Assembly (NCBI GenBank): GCA_016860685.1
Contig: BOJX01000002.1
Span: 10 to 64,009 of the forward strand
DNA: 64,000 nt
Reading direction: 5' to 3'
Source: Planctomycetota bacterium
GTDB lineage: Bacteria > Planctomycetota > Phycisphaerae > UBA1845
This document shows, piece by piece, positions 38,419 through 47,837 of the stretch; the first letter of the stretch is position 1; every line of letters begins with the position of its first letter. Below the pieces are notes generated by a model that was not told the DNA's origin, ran no database searches, and saw only the letters and a program-made list of their open reading frames with translations. Made by a program: the position numbers and the translations under genes.

Positions 38419-40236
38419 ATGAATCTTCGAGCTTGCATATCTGAGGAGTTATTGCCCTTTGTCAAGCAGCCGGGCCAGTACATCGGCGGCGAGATCAATC
38501 AGCTTTGCACGGAAGATCGTTGGCGATCCGCAGCCGTCCGAGTCGCCGTGGCCTTTCCCGACACGTACACGATCGGCATGAGCCACCTGGGTTGCCAGAT
38601 CCTTTACTGGCTGATCAATCACACTCCCGGTTGCGCCGGCGACCGGGTTTACGCGCCGTGGACGGATGCCGAGGCGATCATGCGTCGCAAGCGGTTGCCG
38701 CTTTTCACCTGGGACACCCGACAGGCGGTGGCGGACGCGGACATTCTGGCCATCTCGCTTCAATATGAGATGAGCTTCTCAACCGTCCTGACGTTGCTCG
38801 ATCTGGCGCAGATTCCCTTTTCCGCCGCGGATCGCACAGATGAGCACCCGCTGGTTATCGCGGGGGGGCCGCAAGCCGACAACCCGGAGCCGGTGGCGCC
38901 CTTTCTGGATCTGGTGGTGCTGGGCGACGGCGAGGACTCGATGTCCGCGCTGCTGGCGACCGTGAAGGAACTCAAAGCCGCCGGGGTGCGCCGGCGCGAC
39001 ATGATCCTTGAGATCGCGCGCCGGTATGACTGGGCGTACGCCCCGGCGTATTACAGCGTCGAGTATCACCGGGATGGAACAATCCGGTCGATCGAGCCGA
39101 CCCGGGCGGGATTACGCTCCCGGATCGAGCGGTGTCAGACTCCGGATTTCGAGCACGCGCCGTTTCCGCTGCGACCGATCGTTCCCTTTGTCGAGGTTGT
39201 CCATGATCGTTTCGCGATCGAGATCATGCGCGGATGTCCACAGCGGTGCCGGTTCTGTCATGCGGGATATACAAAGCGGCCCCTGCGCCTGCGCACTGTC
39301 GATCAGATCATGAACATGGCGGAGGAGATGCACCGCGCGACCGGGATCGAGGAGTTCGGACTCCTGTCGCTGTCCACCGCCGACTACCCGCACCTCCGTG
39401 AACTGGCGGAGCGGGCGAACCGGCAGTTTGCTTCGCGCCGGGTGAACATCTCGGTTCCGTCCTTGCGCGTGGACAAAATGCTGGCGAACATCCCCTGGAT
39501 GGTGAACACCGTCCGCAAGGGGGGGCTGACGATCGCGGTCGAAGCTGCCCGCGACGACATGCGCGAGGCGATCCGGAAGAAAGTCACGGACGGCAACCTG
39601 CTGGACGGCGTGCGCGAGGCGTACAAGGCGGGGTGGCGGTCCGTGAAGCTGTATTTCATGTCCGGGTTCCCCGGCGAGCGTCCGGAGGACATCGACGGGA
39701 TCTGGGAGCTGAGCCGGCAGGTCAGCGAAGCCCGCAAGGCCGTGGCGGGACACCCGGCGTCGGTCAAGGCGTCGGTCGGGTGGCTGGTGCCGAAGCCTTA
39801 CACGCCGTTTCAGTGGGCGGCGCAGCCCCGGGCCGAGTACTTTGCGGGCGTGCGTCAGCGGTTTGTCGAGCTGATGCGAAATCAGCGTCGCGTGCCGGTG
39901 AAGGTGCAGATGCACGGCATCGAACGCTCGATCCTTGAGGGGGTGTTCGCGCGCGGGGATCGGCGCCTTGCGCCCGTCATTGAGAGGGCGTGGCGGCTCG
40001 GGGCCAGGCTCGACGGGTGGGACGAGTGCTTCAATCCGGCGATTTGGAAGCAGGCATTCGAGGAAGAGGGGATCGACCCGGACTGGTACGCCCACCGGGA
40101 GCGGGGCGCCACGGAAGTCTTCCCCTGGGCCCACCTTCACGGCGGTCCGCCGGAGGAGTATCTCCAGAATCAGTACGACGACGTGTTCGTGAAGATCGCG
40201 ACGCCCAAGCCGCGCCCGTCCGCCGTCGCGGTATGA
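38419..40236 (+). CDS. B12-binding-domain radical SAM protein (TIGR03960-like uncharacterised family)
   Basis: N-terminus reads LLPFVKQPGQYIGGEINQ...VAVAFPDTYTIGMSHLGCQILY. The radical SAM cluster motif is RGCPQRCRFCHAGY. Length is about 600 aa. Confidence 0.8.
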   Translation: MNLRACISEELLPFVKQPGQYIGGEINQLCTEDRWRSAAVRVAVAFPDTYTIGMSHLGCQILYWLINHTPGCAGDRVYAPWTDAEAIMRRKRLPLFTWDTRQAVADADILAISLQYEMSFSTVLTLLDLAQIPFSAADRTDEHPLVIAGGPQADNPEPVAPFLDLVVLGDGEDSMSALLATVKELKAAGVRRRDMILEIARRYDWAYAPAYYSVEYHRDGTIRSIEPTRAGLRSRIERCQTPDFEHAPFPLRPIVPFVEVVHDRFAIEIMRGCPQRCRFCHAGYTKRPLRLRTVDQIMNMAEEMHRATGIEEFGLLSLSTADYPHLRELAERANRQFASRRVNISVPSLRVDKMLANIPWMVNTVRKGGLTIAVEAARDDMREAIRKKVTDGNLLDGVREAYKAGWRSVKLYFMSGFPGERPEDIDGIWELSRQVSEARKAVAGHPASVKASVGWLVPKPYTPFQWAAQPRAEYFAGVRQRFVELMRNQRRVPVKVQMHGIERSILEGVFARGDRRLAPVIERAWRLGARLDGWDECFNPAIWKQAFEEEGIDPDWYAHRERGATEVFPWAHLHGGPPEEYLQNQYDDVFVKIATPKPRPSAVAV

Positions 40237-40366
40237 CGGTCGGCTGACGTTGACGCCCCGGCGCGCGACAGGTGTAATGCGTCCGACGGTCCGGGCGGTA
40301 AGCGCCCGATGCAAGGGATGACAACGTCGGCGCATGACGCGGGCGTTGCTTCGAGGGGAGTCGCGC

Positions 40367-41242
40367 ATGTTCACGGGAATCAAGGGATCGACGCGGAAAA
40401 GGGGCTTCGCGCTGGCGGGGTTGTTGTGCGTATGCCTGTCGGCCTGCCGGACGGACACGATCTTCAATTCCGGCGCCGCCCCGAAAGGAACGACGGTCGC
40501 GGTTCCGCAGACGCTCGCTCCGCGTCCGGTCGATCCGGAATACCTGCACGGCGTGCGTGAGGCGGACCTGATCGAGGAGGTCGTGACGAGCCGGGAGGCG
40601 TACGTCGCGTCGCTTCGTGCGCTGCACGACGCCTACGCAAAGTCGGGACGCACGATCGAACGTGACCGCGCGGCGTACGAGTTGAGCGGTCTCGATCGGG
40701 TGCAGTGCTTCCAGTACGTCGTGGAGGCGGAGGTTCCCCCTGCGCACCTGCGCCCCACCGAGGCGATCCCCGGAGCAGACCGTCTTTATGCCGAAGGCGT
40801 GAAGCTGATGAAGGACGGCGGCTATCACGTTCCAGGCATCTACCGGCGGGATAAGATGCTGACGGCGCTGAAGCGGTTCAAGGCGCTGATCGAGCAACAC
40901 CCGACGAGCGACAAGATCGACGACGCCGCGTTCTACTGCGGGGAGATTCACAAGGAGTACTTTCCGGATCAGGAGTTGATCGCGGTCCGGTGGTATGAGC
41001 GGGCGATCGCGTGGAACCCGAAGACGCCGCATCCCGCCCGGTTTCAGGCCGCCGTGCAGTACGACTACCGCCTGCATGATCGCGCCCGGGCGCTGGAGTT
41101 GTACCACGGCGTTCTCGAACATGAAGCCGAGATCGACATTACGCACACGCGTTTTTCATCGCGGCGCATCGACGAGTTAACGCGGGAGGGCGTAGCCGTG
41201 CGGCCAAGGTCCGCGAGCGACGGGGAGATGGCGCCGCAGTAG
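40367..41242 (+). CDS. Hypothetical lipoprotein with TPR-like helical region
   Basis: Lipobox in MFTGIKGSTRKRGFALAGLLCVCLSAC. Helical repeats include AFYCGEIHKEYFPDQELIAVRWYERAIAWNP. Confidence 0.6.
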   Translation: MFTGIKGSTRKRGFALAGLLCVCLSACRTDTIFNSGAAPKGTTVAVPQTLAPRPVDPEYLHGVREADLIEEVVTSREAYVASLRALHDAYAKSGRTIERDRAAYELSGLDRVQCFQYVVEAEVPPAHLRPTEAIPGADRLYAEGVKLMKDGGYHVPGIYRRDKMLTALKRFKALIEQHPTSDKIDDAAFYCGEIHKEYFPDQELIAVRWYERAIAWNPKTPHPARFQAAVQYDYRLHDRARALELYHGVLEHEAEIDITHTRFSSRRIDELTREGVAVRPRSASDGEMAPQ

Positions 41243-41289
41243 ATCGCCGCAGACCACCCAAGCCGGATCGAGGGTGAGGCAAGGTTCAG

Positions 41290-41895
41290 ATGCCGCGGGT
41301 ATTCGCCTGGGTCGCCGGTTGTGAAATATTCCTTCTCGCGGCGACTTTCGTGCTCGGGCTGACCGCAACAAGCCCTGGCGACGTGCGCCGTCACGTCGGG
41401 CTGGCGTTGTTCACGTCCCTGCTCGCATGCCTCATGCACGCTGCGGTGCTCACGTACACAGCGGTCGTCGGAAAGCTGGTTCATCAGGCCGTCGCGTTGG
41501 CGGCGCTGGATCACGCGCCGTTTAATGCGGCGAAGAACGTCAAGCGGCGCGTGACGTCGCTGATCGGCGTCGGCATGTTGCCGATCGCCCTGGTCGTAGG
41601 GACGGGCGCGTGGCGCCTGTCGGGAACGGCGGGTCAGCGCTGGCACCTGCTCGCCGCCGGCGCGGCGTGCGCCGTCAGCGCCGTGGTGTTCTACCGGCAA
41701 TACGATCTTCTTGCGCAGGCGGCGGGAATCCTCGCGGACGTGATGAAGACCTACGAACGTTCACGCACGCGACCGGCGATCCGCCCGTCGGCACCGGGAA
41801 GCAAATCAGCCCCCGAGATGACCGCGGCGGCGCATCCTCCCGAAATTCCACCGGATTCCCTCGTCGCCGGAGAACCGCAGGATGCCGCAGGCTGA
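41290..41895 (+). CDS. Hypothetical 4-TM membrane protein
   Basis: Four clear hydrophobic spans and a Pro-rich C-terminal tail. The stop overlaps the start of the next GT-C gene by 14 nt. Confidence 0.55.
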   Translation: MPRVFAWVAGCEIFLLAATFVLGLTATSPGDVRRHVGLALFTSLLACLMHAAVLTYTAVVGKLVHQAVALAALDHAPFNAAKNVKRRVTSLIGVGMLPIALVVGTGAWRLSGTAGQRWHLLAAGAACAVSAVVFYRQYDLLAQAAGILADVMKTYERSRTRPAIRPSAPGSKSAPEMTAAAHPPEIPPDSLVAGEPQDAAG

Positions 41896-43627
41896 TCCGC
41901 CGCCCGCATACGAACCCGCCGCTGGCGCCGCCGACCTTCGTTCCGGCGCGGAGTCCCCGCGGCGGACTCGGTGGATCGCCGCCTTGGTGCTTTCGGGGGC
42001 GCTCGTCGTGCGGCTTGCCCTGGTGTGTCAGCCGGAAACGCCGGTTGAGCAGGGGCTTTATGTCGATGACGCCTTCATCGCGCACAAGATCGCGCAGAAC
42101 ATCGCGGACGGAAAGGGAATCACCCAGGGTGGGAGGCCCACCAACGGATTCCAGCCCCTGTATGTGTTTCTTCTCGTTCCGATGCAGGCTTTTCTCGATC
42201 CTCATGCCGCGACGCGGGCGTCCGGAGTGATGAACGCCGTGCTCAGCGTGCTCGGCGCGGGCCTTGTTTACCGAGTGTTGTCAGGGCTCTTCGGCTTCCG
42301 CGTGGGACTGATCGGGGTGATCTTGTGTGCCTTCTCTGCACCGCTCGCGCGGGTGTCGCAGAACGGACTGGAGACGACCCTCGCGATGACGCTGGCGCTG
42401 CTGGTGCTGGATCTTCACGTTCGAAGTCGTCGAGACGGCGTCGCATCGCGGCCGGATTCCGGGGTGGTTCTCGGAGGCATCCTCGGGTTGGCCGTCCTGG
42501 CACGCGTCGATCTGCTGCTTCTTGCGGTTCCGATCAGCGTCGAGCAGGTGTGGTCGCGGATGCGCCGGGGGCGCGCAGGTTCAGCCGCGGCAATGCTGGT
42601 TGCGGCGGGACTGGTCGCCGGACCGTGGTTTGTCTGGAGCCGAGTGACGTGCGGGCGCCTGATGCCGATCAGCGGTCCCGCGACGCGGACGATCGCCCAG
42701 CTTTATGCGGATCCCGACGGACCCACCGGCGACGCCGCCTACTTTCCGCTCGGCGAGGCGCCGCTTTCGTTTTACCAGGCGCATCTGGCCAGTGCGATCC
42801 GGAACATCGCCGGGGAGTCGCCCCTGAGTCTTCCGGTGCGTTATCTCGGTAAGGCTTCGCCTTGGGCGTGCCTCATCTGGACAGGGGCGTGGGCGATCGT
42901 CGCATACCTCCTCCACCGCGGCTTGCGGCGCGGGGATCCTCGACACGCGAGGCTTCGCCGACTGCTCGTTGACGCCAGACCGGCGTGGATTTTCTGCGGG
43001 TTGCTCGTCGTCGGATACGCCTGCTGGTGCTTCGGGAACTGGTGGATGTGGCGTTACATGGCGCCGGCGGCGATGCTGCTGGTGCTGCCCTCGGCATTGT
43101 GGGTGGACACGATCCTGGACGCGACGGCGCAGAGGTCGCGGACCGTCGCGGCGGCGCTTTCGGTCGCCCTTGTCACGACCTATCTCGCGGCTTCGATCCG
43201 GGGTCATGCGGCGCTCTTCCTGACCCCGCCGATGACCAACGAGCCCAGAATGTACCTCGACGCGCTGGATCTTCGGGACAGGATCGAGCCTGAGGTACGC
43301 ATCGGCACGTTTGAAAGCGGAATCCTCGACTACTTCCTGCAACGCGAGGTCATTAACCTCGACGGGAAAACGAACGAGGCCGCTCACCGGGCGCTCGTCG
43401 AGGGCCGGATGCATGAATTGCTCGACGAGCTGAAGATTGACTACGTTGTCTCCAGCCCGCCGCTCGTGCGGGATCTGCTGCTTCGCCGCGGAAACTGGCC
43501 GGAAGAAGCTCTCTCGGTCGTCGGACGATTGCGGCACAACGTCATTCTCCGGGTGATGCGGCCGGTCCCCGCCGCGGGTTCAACACCACCCGTGCAGGCA
43601 GGTGACGACGGGAGCGCCGGAGGTTAG
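41882..43627 (+). CDS. Polytopic GT-C-type membrane glycosyltransferase-like protein (paralogue of 5702..7441)
   Basis: LYVDDAFIAHKIAQNIADGKGITQGGRPTNGFQPLYVFL follows TM1, then about 12 TM spans. The C-terminal soluble domain reads RIGTFESGILDYFLQREVINLDGKTN...IDYVV. Motif order matches 5702..7441. Confidence 0.6.
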   Translation: MPQADPPPAYEPAAGAADLRSGAESPRRTRWIAALVLSGALVVRLALVCQPETPVEQGLYVDDAFIAHKIAQNIADGKGITQGGRPTNGFQPLYVFLLVPMQAFLDPHAATRASGVMNAVLSVLGAGLVYRVLSGLFGFRVGLIGVILCAFSAPLARVSQNGLETTLAMTLALLVLDLHVRSRRDGVASRPDSGVVLGGILGLAVLARVDLLLLAVPISVEQVWSRMRRGRAGSAAAMLVAAGLVAGPWFVWSRVTCGRLMPISGPATRTIAQLYADPDGPTGDAAYFPLGEAPLSFYQAHLASAIRNIAGESPLSLPVRYLGKASPWACLIWTGAWAIVAYLLHRGLRRGDPRHARLRRLLVDARPAWIFCGLLVVGYACWCFGNWWMWRYMAPAAMLLVLPSALWVDTILDATAQRSRTVAAALSVALVTTYLAASIRGHAALFLTPPMTNEPRMYLDALDLRDRIEPEVRIGTFESGILDYFLQREVINLDGKTNEAAHRALVEGRMHELLDELKIDYVVSSPPLVRDLLLRRGNWPEEALSVVGRLRHNVILRVMRPVPAAGSTPPVQAGDDGSAGG

Positions 43628-43741
43628 GATGCGAGCTGGCAAGAGTCGCGGGTCAGTCGCCGCGCGACAGCGTCGAGTCCGGCGCCGCCCCGCGGCGGCG
43701 GTCAACAATTCGAGACGCGGTATCCGGAGGCCAGGTCGATC

Positions 43742-44155
43742 ATGCGCGCCGTCGTTCAGGATCAATTGTCGGTTTTTCTTAAGAACCGTCCGGGCATCCT
43801 CGCGGATCTTTGCGAGACGTTGTGCCGGCGCGACATTCACGTCCGCGCGATGACCGTGCTCGAGTCGTTCGACATCGGGACGGTGCGGATGATCTGCGAC
43901 AACGTCACGCTCGCCGAGGAATGTCTCGCGAAGTTCGGGGCGAGCTTCATCGTCGTGCGCGTGCTGGTCGTCGAGATCGCCAACCGCCCCGGTTCAATCG
44001 CCGCGATCGCCCGCACCCTGGCCGGCGCGGGCATCAACATCGAGTACTTGTACGCATCGGCAAGCCCGGGTTCCGAGCAGACGCTCGGCGTGCTGAGGAT
44101 CGCGGACCGGGATTTTGAGAGGGCGCTCGCGCTGGATTTCCCGGACGAGGTCTGA
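43742..44155 (+). CDS. Stand-alone tandem ACT-domain protein
   Basis: LSVFLKNRPGILADLCETLCRRDIHVRAM and VVEIANRPGSIAAIARTLAGAGINIEYLY are two ACT beta-alpha-beta-beta-alpha-beta signatures. Confidence 0.75.
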   Translation: MRAVVQDQLSVFLKNRPGILADLCETLCRRDIHVRAMTVLESFDIGTVRMICDNVTLAEECLAKFGASFIVVRVLVVEIANRPGSIAAIARTLAGAGINIEYLYASASPGSEQTLGVLRIADRDFERALALDFPDEV

Positions 44156-44236
44156 CCCGGCGGTGATCCGGGGCGACGCAGCGGTCATGACGGCCGCCGC
44201 GCCGCCGGCGCGCACGGCTCCCGGACGACCGCGCGC

Positions 44237-46219
44237 CTACCGCTCGTAGTCGAGCCGCGTGAGTTTGTACTGAGAGCGCACGTAGATCTCCGCCCGGTCA
44301 TCGCGGTCGCGGTCGGCCACGATCACCCACGAGGCCCACCCGGGACAAGGCTTCCGCACGAGAACTTCACCCTTCGAGTCCAGGACGCATACCGCTCCCC
44401 CGTGGAAGAAGACGACTTCGTCTCCAGGTCGCCCGTCCACGTTCCCCAACGCCAGGTGCTGCGGAAGCTGCATGTTCTCGGCCTTCAGTTCCACCTTCCA
44501 CAGTTCATGACCCTCGGCGTCGGTTGCGGTCAGCACGGCGGCTTTCGGGGGTCGCCACCCTCCCGGCTGCTGCTCATCTCCGGCGATCGTGGACATGTAC
44601 ACGACGCCCCAGTTCGATCCGAGCTTGCCGACGGCGAACGTTTCCTGCCCGAACATGTCCGCCGTCGCCTTCTGAATCGGAAGCTCGATCAGCGTCTCGC
44701 CGGCGGGGCTGATGCCCAGCACGCGATCCTTGTCCCGGACCCAGAACACGCGGTCATCGTACTTGCTGCCTCCGGACGAGAAGGCGATGTTGCCGCCGCT
44801 GGCGCGCACGGACCACGTCTCCTTGAGGCGATCCTCGTTCACCGGCTCGGCCCCGCCGGGCATTGTGAAAGCCCCGGTCCGCTGCTCGAAGGCTTCGTCG
44901 ATCTCCTCCGCTGTCATTTTCTTCGCACTCGGCAACGTCTCGCCGCCGAGCAACTTGTCCAGATCGGACCGCATCGCCTTCGCCGTCGGGTCGGTGATGA
45001 AACCGGCGTAGCGCCCCTGCACCACCCCTTCCTTATCAATGAGCACGGCGCCGAACGACCACTGCTCCTCGAAATACTCCCCGGCCGTCGCCCGGTCCGG
45101 ATCCAAGGCGACGACGACGCCGGGATCATGCCCGAGATCCTCGATCAGCTTGTCGGCGTTCGACCCGGTATGAACGTAAATGACGTGAACGCCCTTGTCC
45201 GCGTAATCCCGCTGAATCTCCTCGAGCTTCTCGAGGCTTCGGTCGGACTGCTGAAACCCGAACCCGCCGACGCCGAAGTGCAGCAGAACGATGTGTCCCC
45301 GGTAGTCGCCGAGCGCCACGCGATCCCCGCCGTGAGCGGGCAAGTCGAACGCCGGGGCGTCATGTCCGGACAACTCGAACTGCTGCGCTCCCGGGCCCCC
45401 TCCGCCCATCATTCCGCCGTAGAACTTCTCCACCTTCTTCGCCGATGACGGAGGGGAAAACGCGAGCCGCGACTCCTCGAGCGGCTCGTTCACGCGGATG
45501 TCGCGGACGTCGTATACCACCTTGAACTCCGACACCGACATCCCGCTCGGCGCCCGCTCCATCTGTTTCTTCATCATCTCCGAAAGGTCGATCTCGACCC
45601 GGCGAATCAGGCCGTCCCGCTTGCGCAGATAAACCCGCGCCGGCGTGTCCGACGTCACCATCGGAATCTCGGACGCGTTCATCTTCCCTTCAAGCACCGC
45701 ACAATCGTCCTCGCCGACGCGCTCGGAACCGGTAACGTCCAACTCTTTGAAAATCGACGTGAAGAGTTTCGCGGGTTTCGGAGACAGCATGATCTGTCCG
45801 ACGGCGATATTCATCCCCGCCAGTCCGAGGTACTCCTCGATCTGCTTCGCGACGTCCTCTTCGATCGGCTTAACCTGATACCGTTGTGCGTTCTTCATGT
45901 ACACGGTCAACTCCCGGCCGTCGGAGGCGACTGTGTGCGTCGGCGTGTCAAGGCGGAAGCGGCGACCGCCGGCCATCGCGAAGGTGATCTTCTGCCCCTC
46001 GTTCATCCCTCCGAACGCCGCGTCAGTCTTCATTTCAACGATGCCGTCGTCGGAGTAGGACTTCAGTTCGCGGAACGTCTCAAACGTGCGCTTCAGGAGG
46101 CTGATCGCGCGCTGCGAATACCCTTCCAGCGGATTGTCACGCTCTTCCGTTTCCTGGCCAGCGGCACTGACCGTCACGGAAAACGTCAGCAAAAGCGCGA
46201 TTTGACGAGTGCGAAACAT
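44237..46219 (-). CDS. Secreted three-domain protein: LolA-like (DUF2092-like) N-domain, TlpA/redoxin-fold domain lacking CxxC, and a beta-propeller/FG-GAP-like C-domain
   Basis: Signal peptide MFRTRQIALLLTFSVTVSAAGQ after GGGGAGGG. The central HIVLLHFGVGGFGFQQS...KGVHVIYVHTG aligns with the redoxin pattern VVLVNFWAtWCgPC...GV.Vl.V but has no cysteines. C-terminal GNVDGRPGDEVVFF is FG-GAP-like. Confidence 0.6.
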   Translation of the reverse strand: MFRTRQIALLLTFSVTVSAAGQETEERDNPLEGYSQRAISLLKRTFETFRELKSYSDDGIVEMKTDAAFGGMNEGQKITFAMAGGRRFRLDTPTHTVASDGRELTVYMKNAQRYQVKPIEEDVAKQIEEYLGLAGMNIAVGQIMLSPKPAKLFTSIFKELDVTGSERVGEDDCAVLEGKMNASEIPMVTSDTPARVYLRKRDGLIRRVEIDLSEMMKKQMERAPSGMSVSEFKVVYDVRDIRVNEPLEESRLAFSPPSSAKKVEKFYGGMMGGGGPGAQQFELSGHDAPAFDLPAHGGDRVALGDYRGHIVLLHFGVGGFGFQQSDRSLEKLEEIQRDYADKGVHVIYVHTGSNADKLIEDLGHDPGVVVALDPDRATAGEYFEEQWSFGAVLIDKEGVVQGRYAGFITDPTAKAMRSDLDKLLGGETLPSAKKMTAEEIDEAFEQRTGAFTMPGGAEPVNEDRLKETWSVRASGGNIAFSSGGSKYDDRVFWVRDKDRVLGISPAGETLIELPIQKATADMFGQETFAVGKLGSNWGVVYMSTIAGDEQQPGGWRPPKAAVLTATDAEGHELWKVELKAENMQLPQHLALGNVDGRPGDEVVFFHGGAVCVLDSKGEVLVRKPCPGWASWVIVADRDRDDRAEIYVRSQYKLTRLDYER

Positions 46220-46349
46220 GTGTAACCCTCCCCTGTGGTCCGTTTTTCCCGAGGCGCCGAACCCGGTTGCGCAACTCGGTTACCTGCAATGATTTCGTCG
46301 TTTCAGAACGTTTTCCGTTAATGTGCGGAATTGTCGCAGCGCCCCGCGC

Positions 46350-47837
46350 TCAATCCGCCGGTACACAGCGCCCTTTCGCCCAGACACGCAACGCCTCAAC
46401 CTGCTCCGCCATCGTCACCGAAAGCGGCGGCGATGCCTCGACCGCTTTCAGCAGTCGCTCGGTTGTAAGCTCCTCGCCCGCGTCGAACGCCTCGTGCAGC
46501 CCCGCGAGCACCGCCTGCTCGATCTCCGCGCCGCTGTAACCCTCGGTCGCCTTCGCCAGGGCGGGCAGGTCGAACGCCGCGGGATCCCGCAATCGTTTCC
46601 GCAAGTGAATCTCGAAGATGTCCATCCGGGTCGGAGCCTTCGGCAGATCAACGAAGAATATCTCATCAAACCGCCCCTTGCGCAGCAGCTCCGGCGGCAA
46701 GGCGGCGATGTCGTTCGCCGTCGCCACCAGAAACGCCGGTGCCCGGTGCTCCTGCATCCACGTCAGCAGCGTGGCGAACATGCGACGGGAAAGTCCGCCG
46801 TCGGTGCTCTGGCTCGCCGCCGAGGCGAACGCCTTCTCAATCTCGTCGATCCAGAGCACAACCGGCGCCATCATCTCTGCCTGGCGCAGCGCGTCGCGCA
46901 GACGCCGCTCGGATTCGCCGATGTACTTGTCGTAAAGCGCGCCGACGTCCATCCGAAGCAGCGGCCGACGCCACGCCGTCGCGATCGCCTTCGCGCAGAG
47001 GCTCTTCCCCGCGCCCTGAACGCCCAGCAGCAGGATCCCGCGCGGCGGAGTCAGCCCGAACTCGATCGCACGCCGCGACCACGTGTCCTCGCGCTGCTTC
47101 AACCAGCTTTTCAGACGCCGCAGTCCGCCGATCTCCGACAAATCCAGCGGGCGATCCACGAACTCCAGCAGGCCCGCCGATTGCAGCGACTGCCGCTTGC
47201 GCAGCAGCAGGTTCGCGGCATCCTGCTGATCAAAGCGACGATCGCGACAGACCGCCTCGCGCACCAGCATCCGCACCTGCCGCCGCGTCAGCCCCCGCAG
47301 GTTGCTGACGATGTTCTCCAGATCCGACCGGCGGATGTCGATCTGGATCGCGCCGTCGCGGCGCTCCTCGGCAAGCGCTTCCTTGAGCAGGCGCTCGATC
47401 TCCTCGGCGTCGGGGAGCGACGCCTCAAAGCGTGTCGCCCAGTCCGACAGTACTGCCGGAACGTCCTCCCGGTGGTCGATCAACACAAGCTGAAGGTCCG
47501 ACGACTGACACTTGCGGATGAGGTTCCGCAGGAGGCGCAGCGTCCGGTCCTCCCGCAGGTGCGTGACCAGATCCAGAAGGACCACGATCGTCGGGTCGCG
47601 CATCTCGTGCAGGTAATACAGCGCGGCTGCGGGGTTCTCTGTCTCCGGGACGGGGGGCTTGCCCGCCACCAGTCCGTCGCGCACGCCGCCGATGATCGAC
47701 CACTGCCGCAGCGACCGCCCGAGCGCCATCGCCGCGTCGCGCACCAGATCCAGAACGTATTCCTCCTCATGTGTGTGAACGAACACACAGGGGTGCCGTC
47801 CCTCGAGCAACTCCCGCAGTCGATCCAGATCGGTCAT
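46350..47837 (-). CDS. AAA+ ATPase, Ycf46-like (single AAA domain with an N-terminal domain of about 230 aa)
   Basis: Walker A GILLLGVQGAGKS, Walker B VVLWIDEIEKAF, second region of homology ATANDIAALPPELLRKGRFDEIFFVDLP, and N-terminus GRHPCVFVHTHEEEYVL as in Ycf46-type proteins. Confidence 0.8.
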   Translation of the reverse strand: MTDLDRLRELLEGRHPCVFVHTHEEEYVLDLVRDAAMALGRSLRQWSIIGGVRDGLVAGKPPVPETENPAAALYYLHEMRDPTIVVLLDLVTHLREDRTLRLLRNLIRKCQSSDLQLVLIDHREDVPAVLSDWATRFEASLPDAEEIERLLKEALAEERRDGAIQIDIRRSDLENIVSNLRGLTRRQVRMLVREAVCRDRRFDQQDAANLLLRKRQSLQSAGLLEFVDRPLDLSEIGGLRRLKSWLKQREDTWSRRAIEFGLTPPRGILLLGVQGAGKSLCAKAIATAWRRPLLRMDVGALYDKYIGESERRLRDALRQAEMMAPVVLWIDEIEKAFASAASQSTDGGLSRRMFATLLTWMQEHRAPAFLVATANDIAALPPELLRKGRFDEIFFVDLPKAPTRMDIFEIHLRKRLRDPAAFDLPALAKATEGYSGAEIEQAVLAGLHEAFDAGEELTTERLLKAVEASPPLSVTMAEQVEALRVWAKGRCVPAD

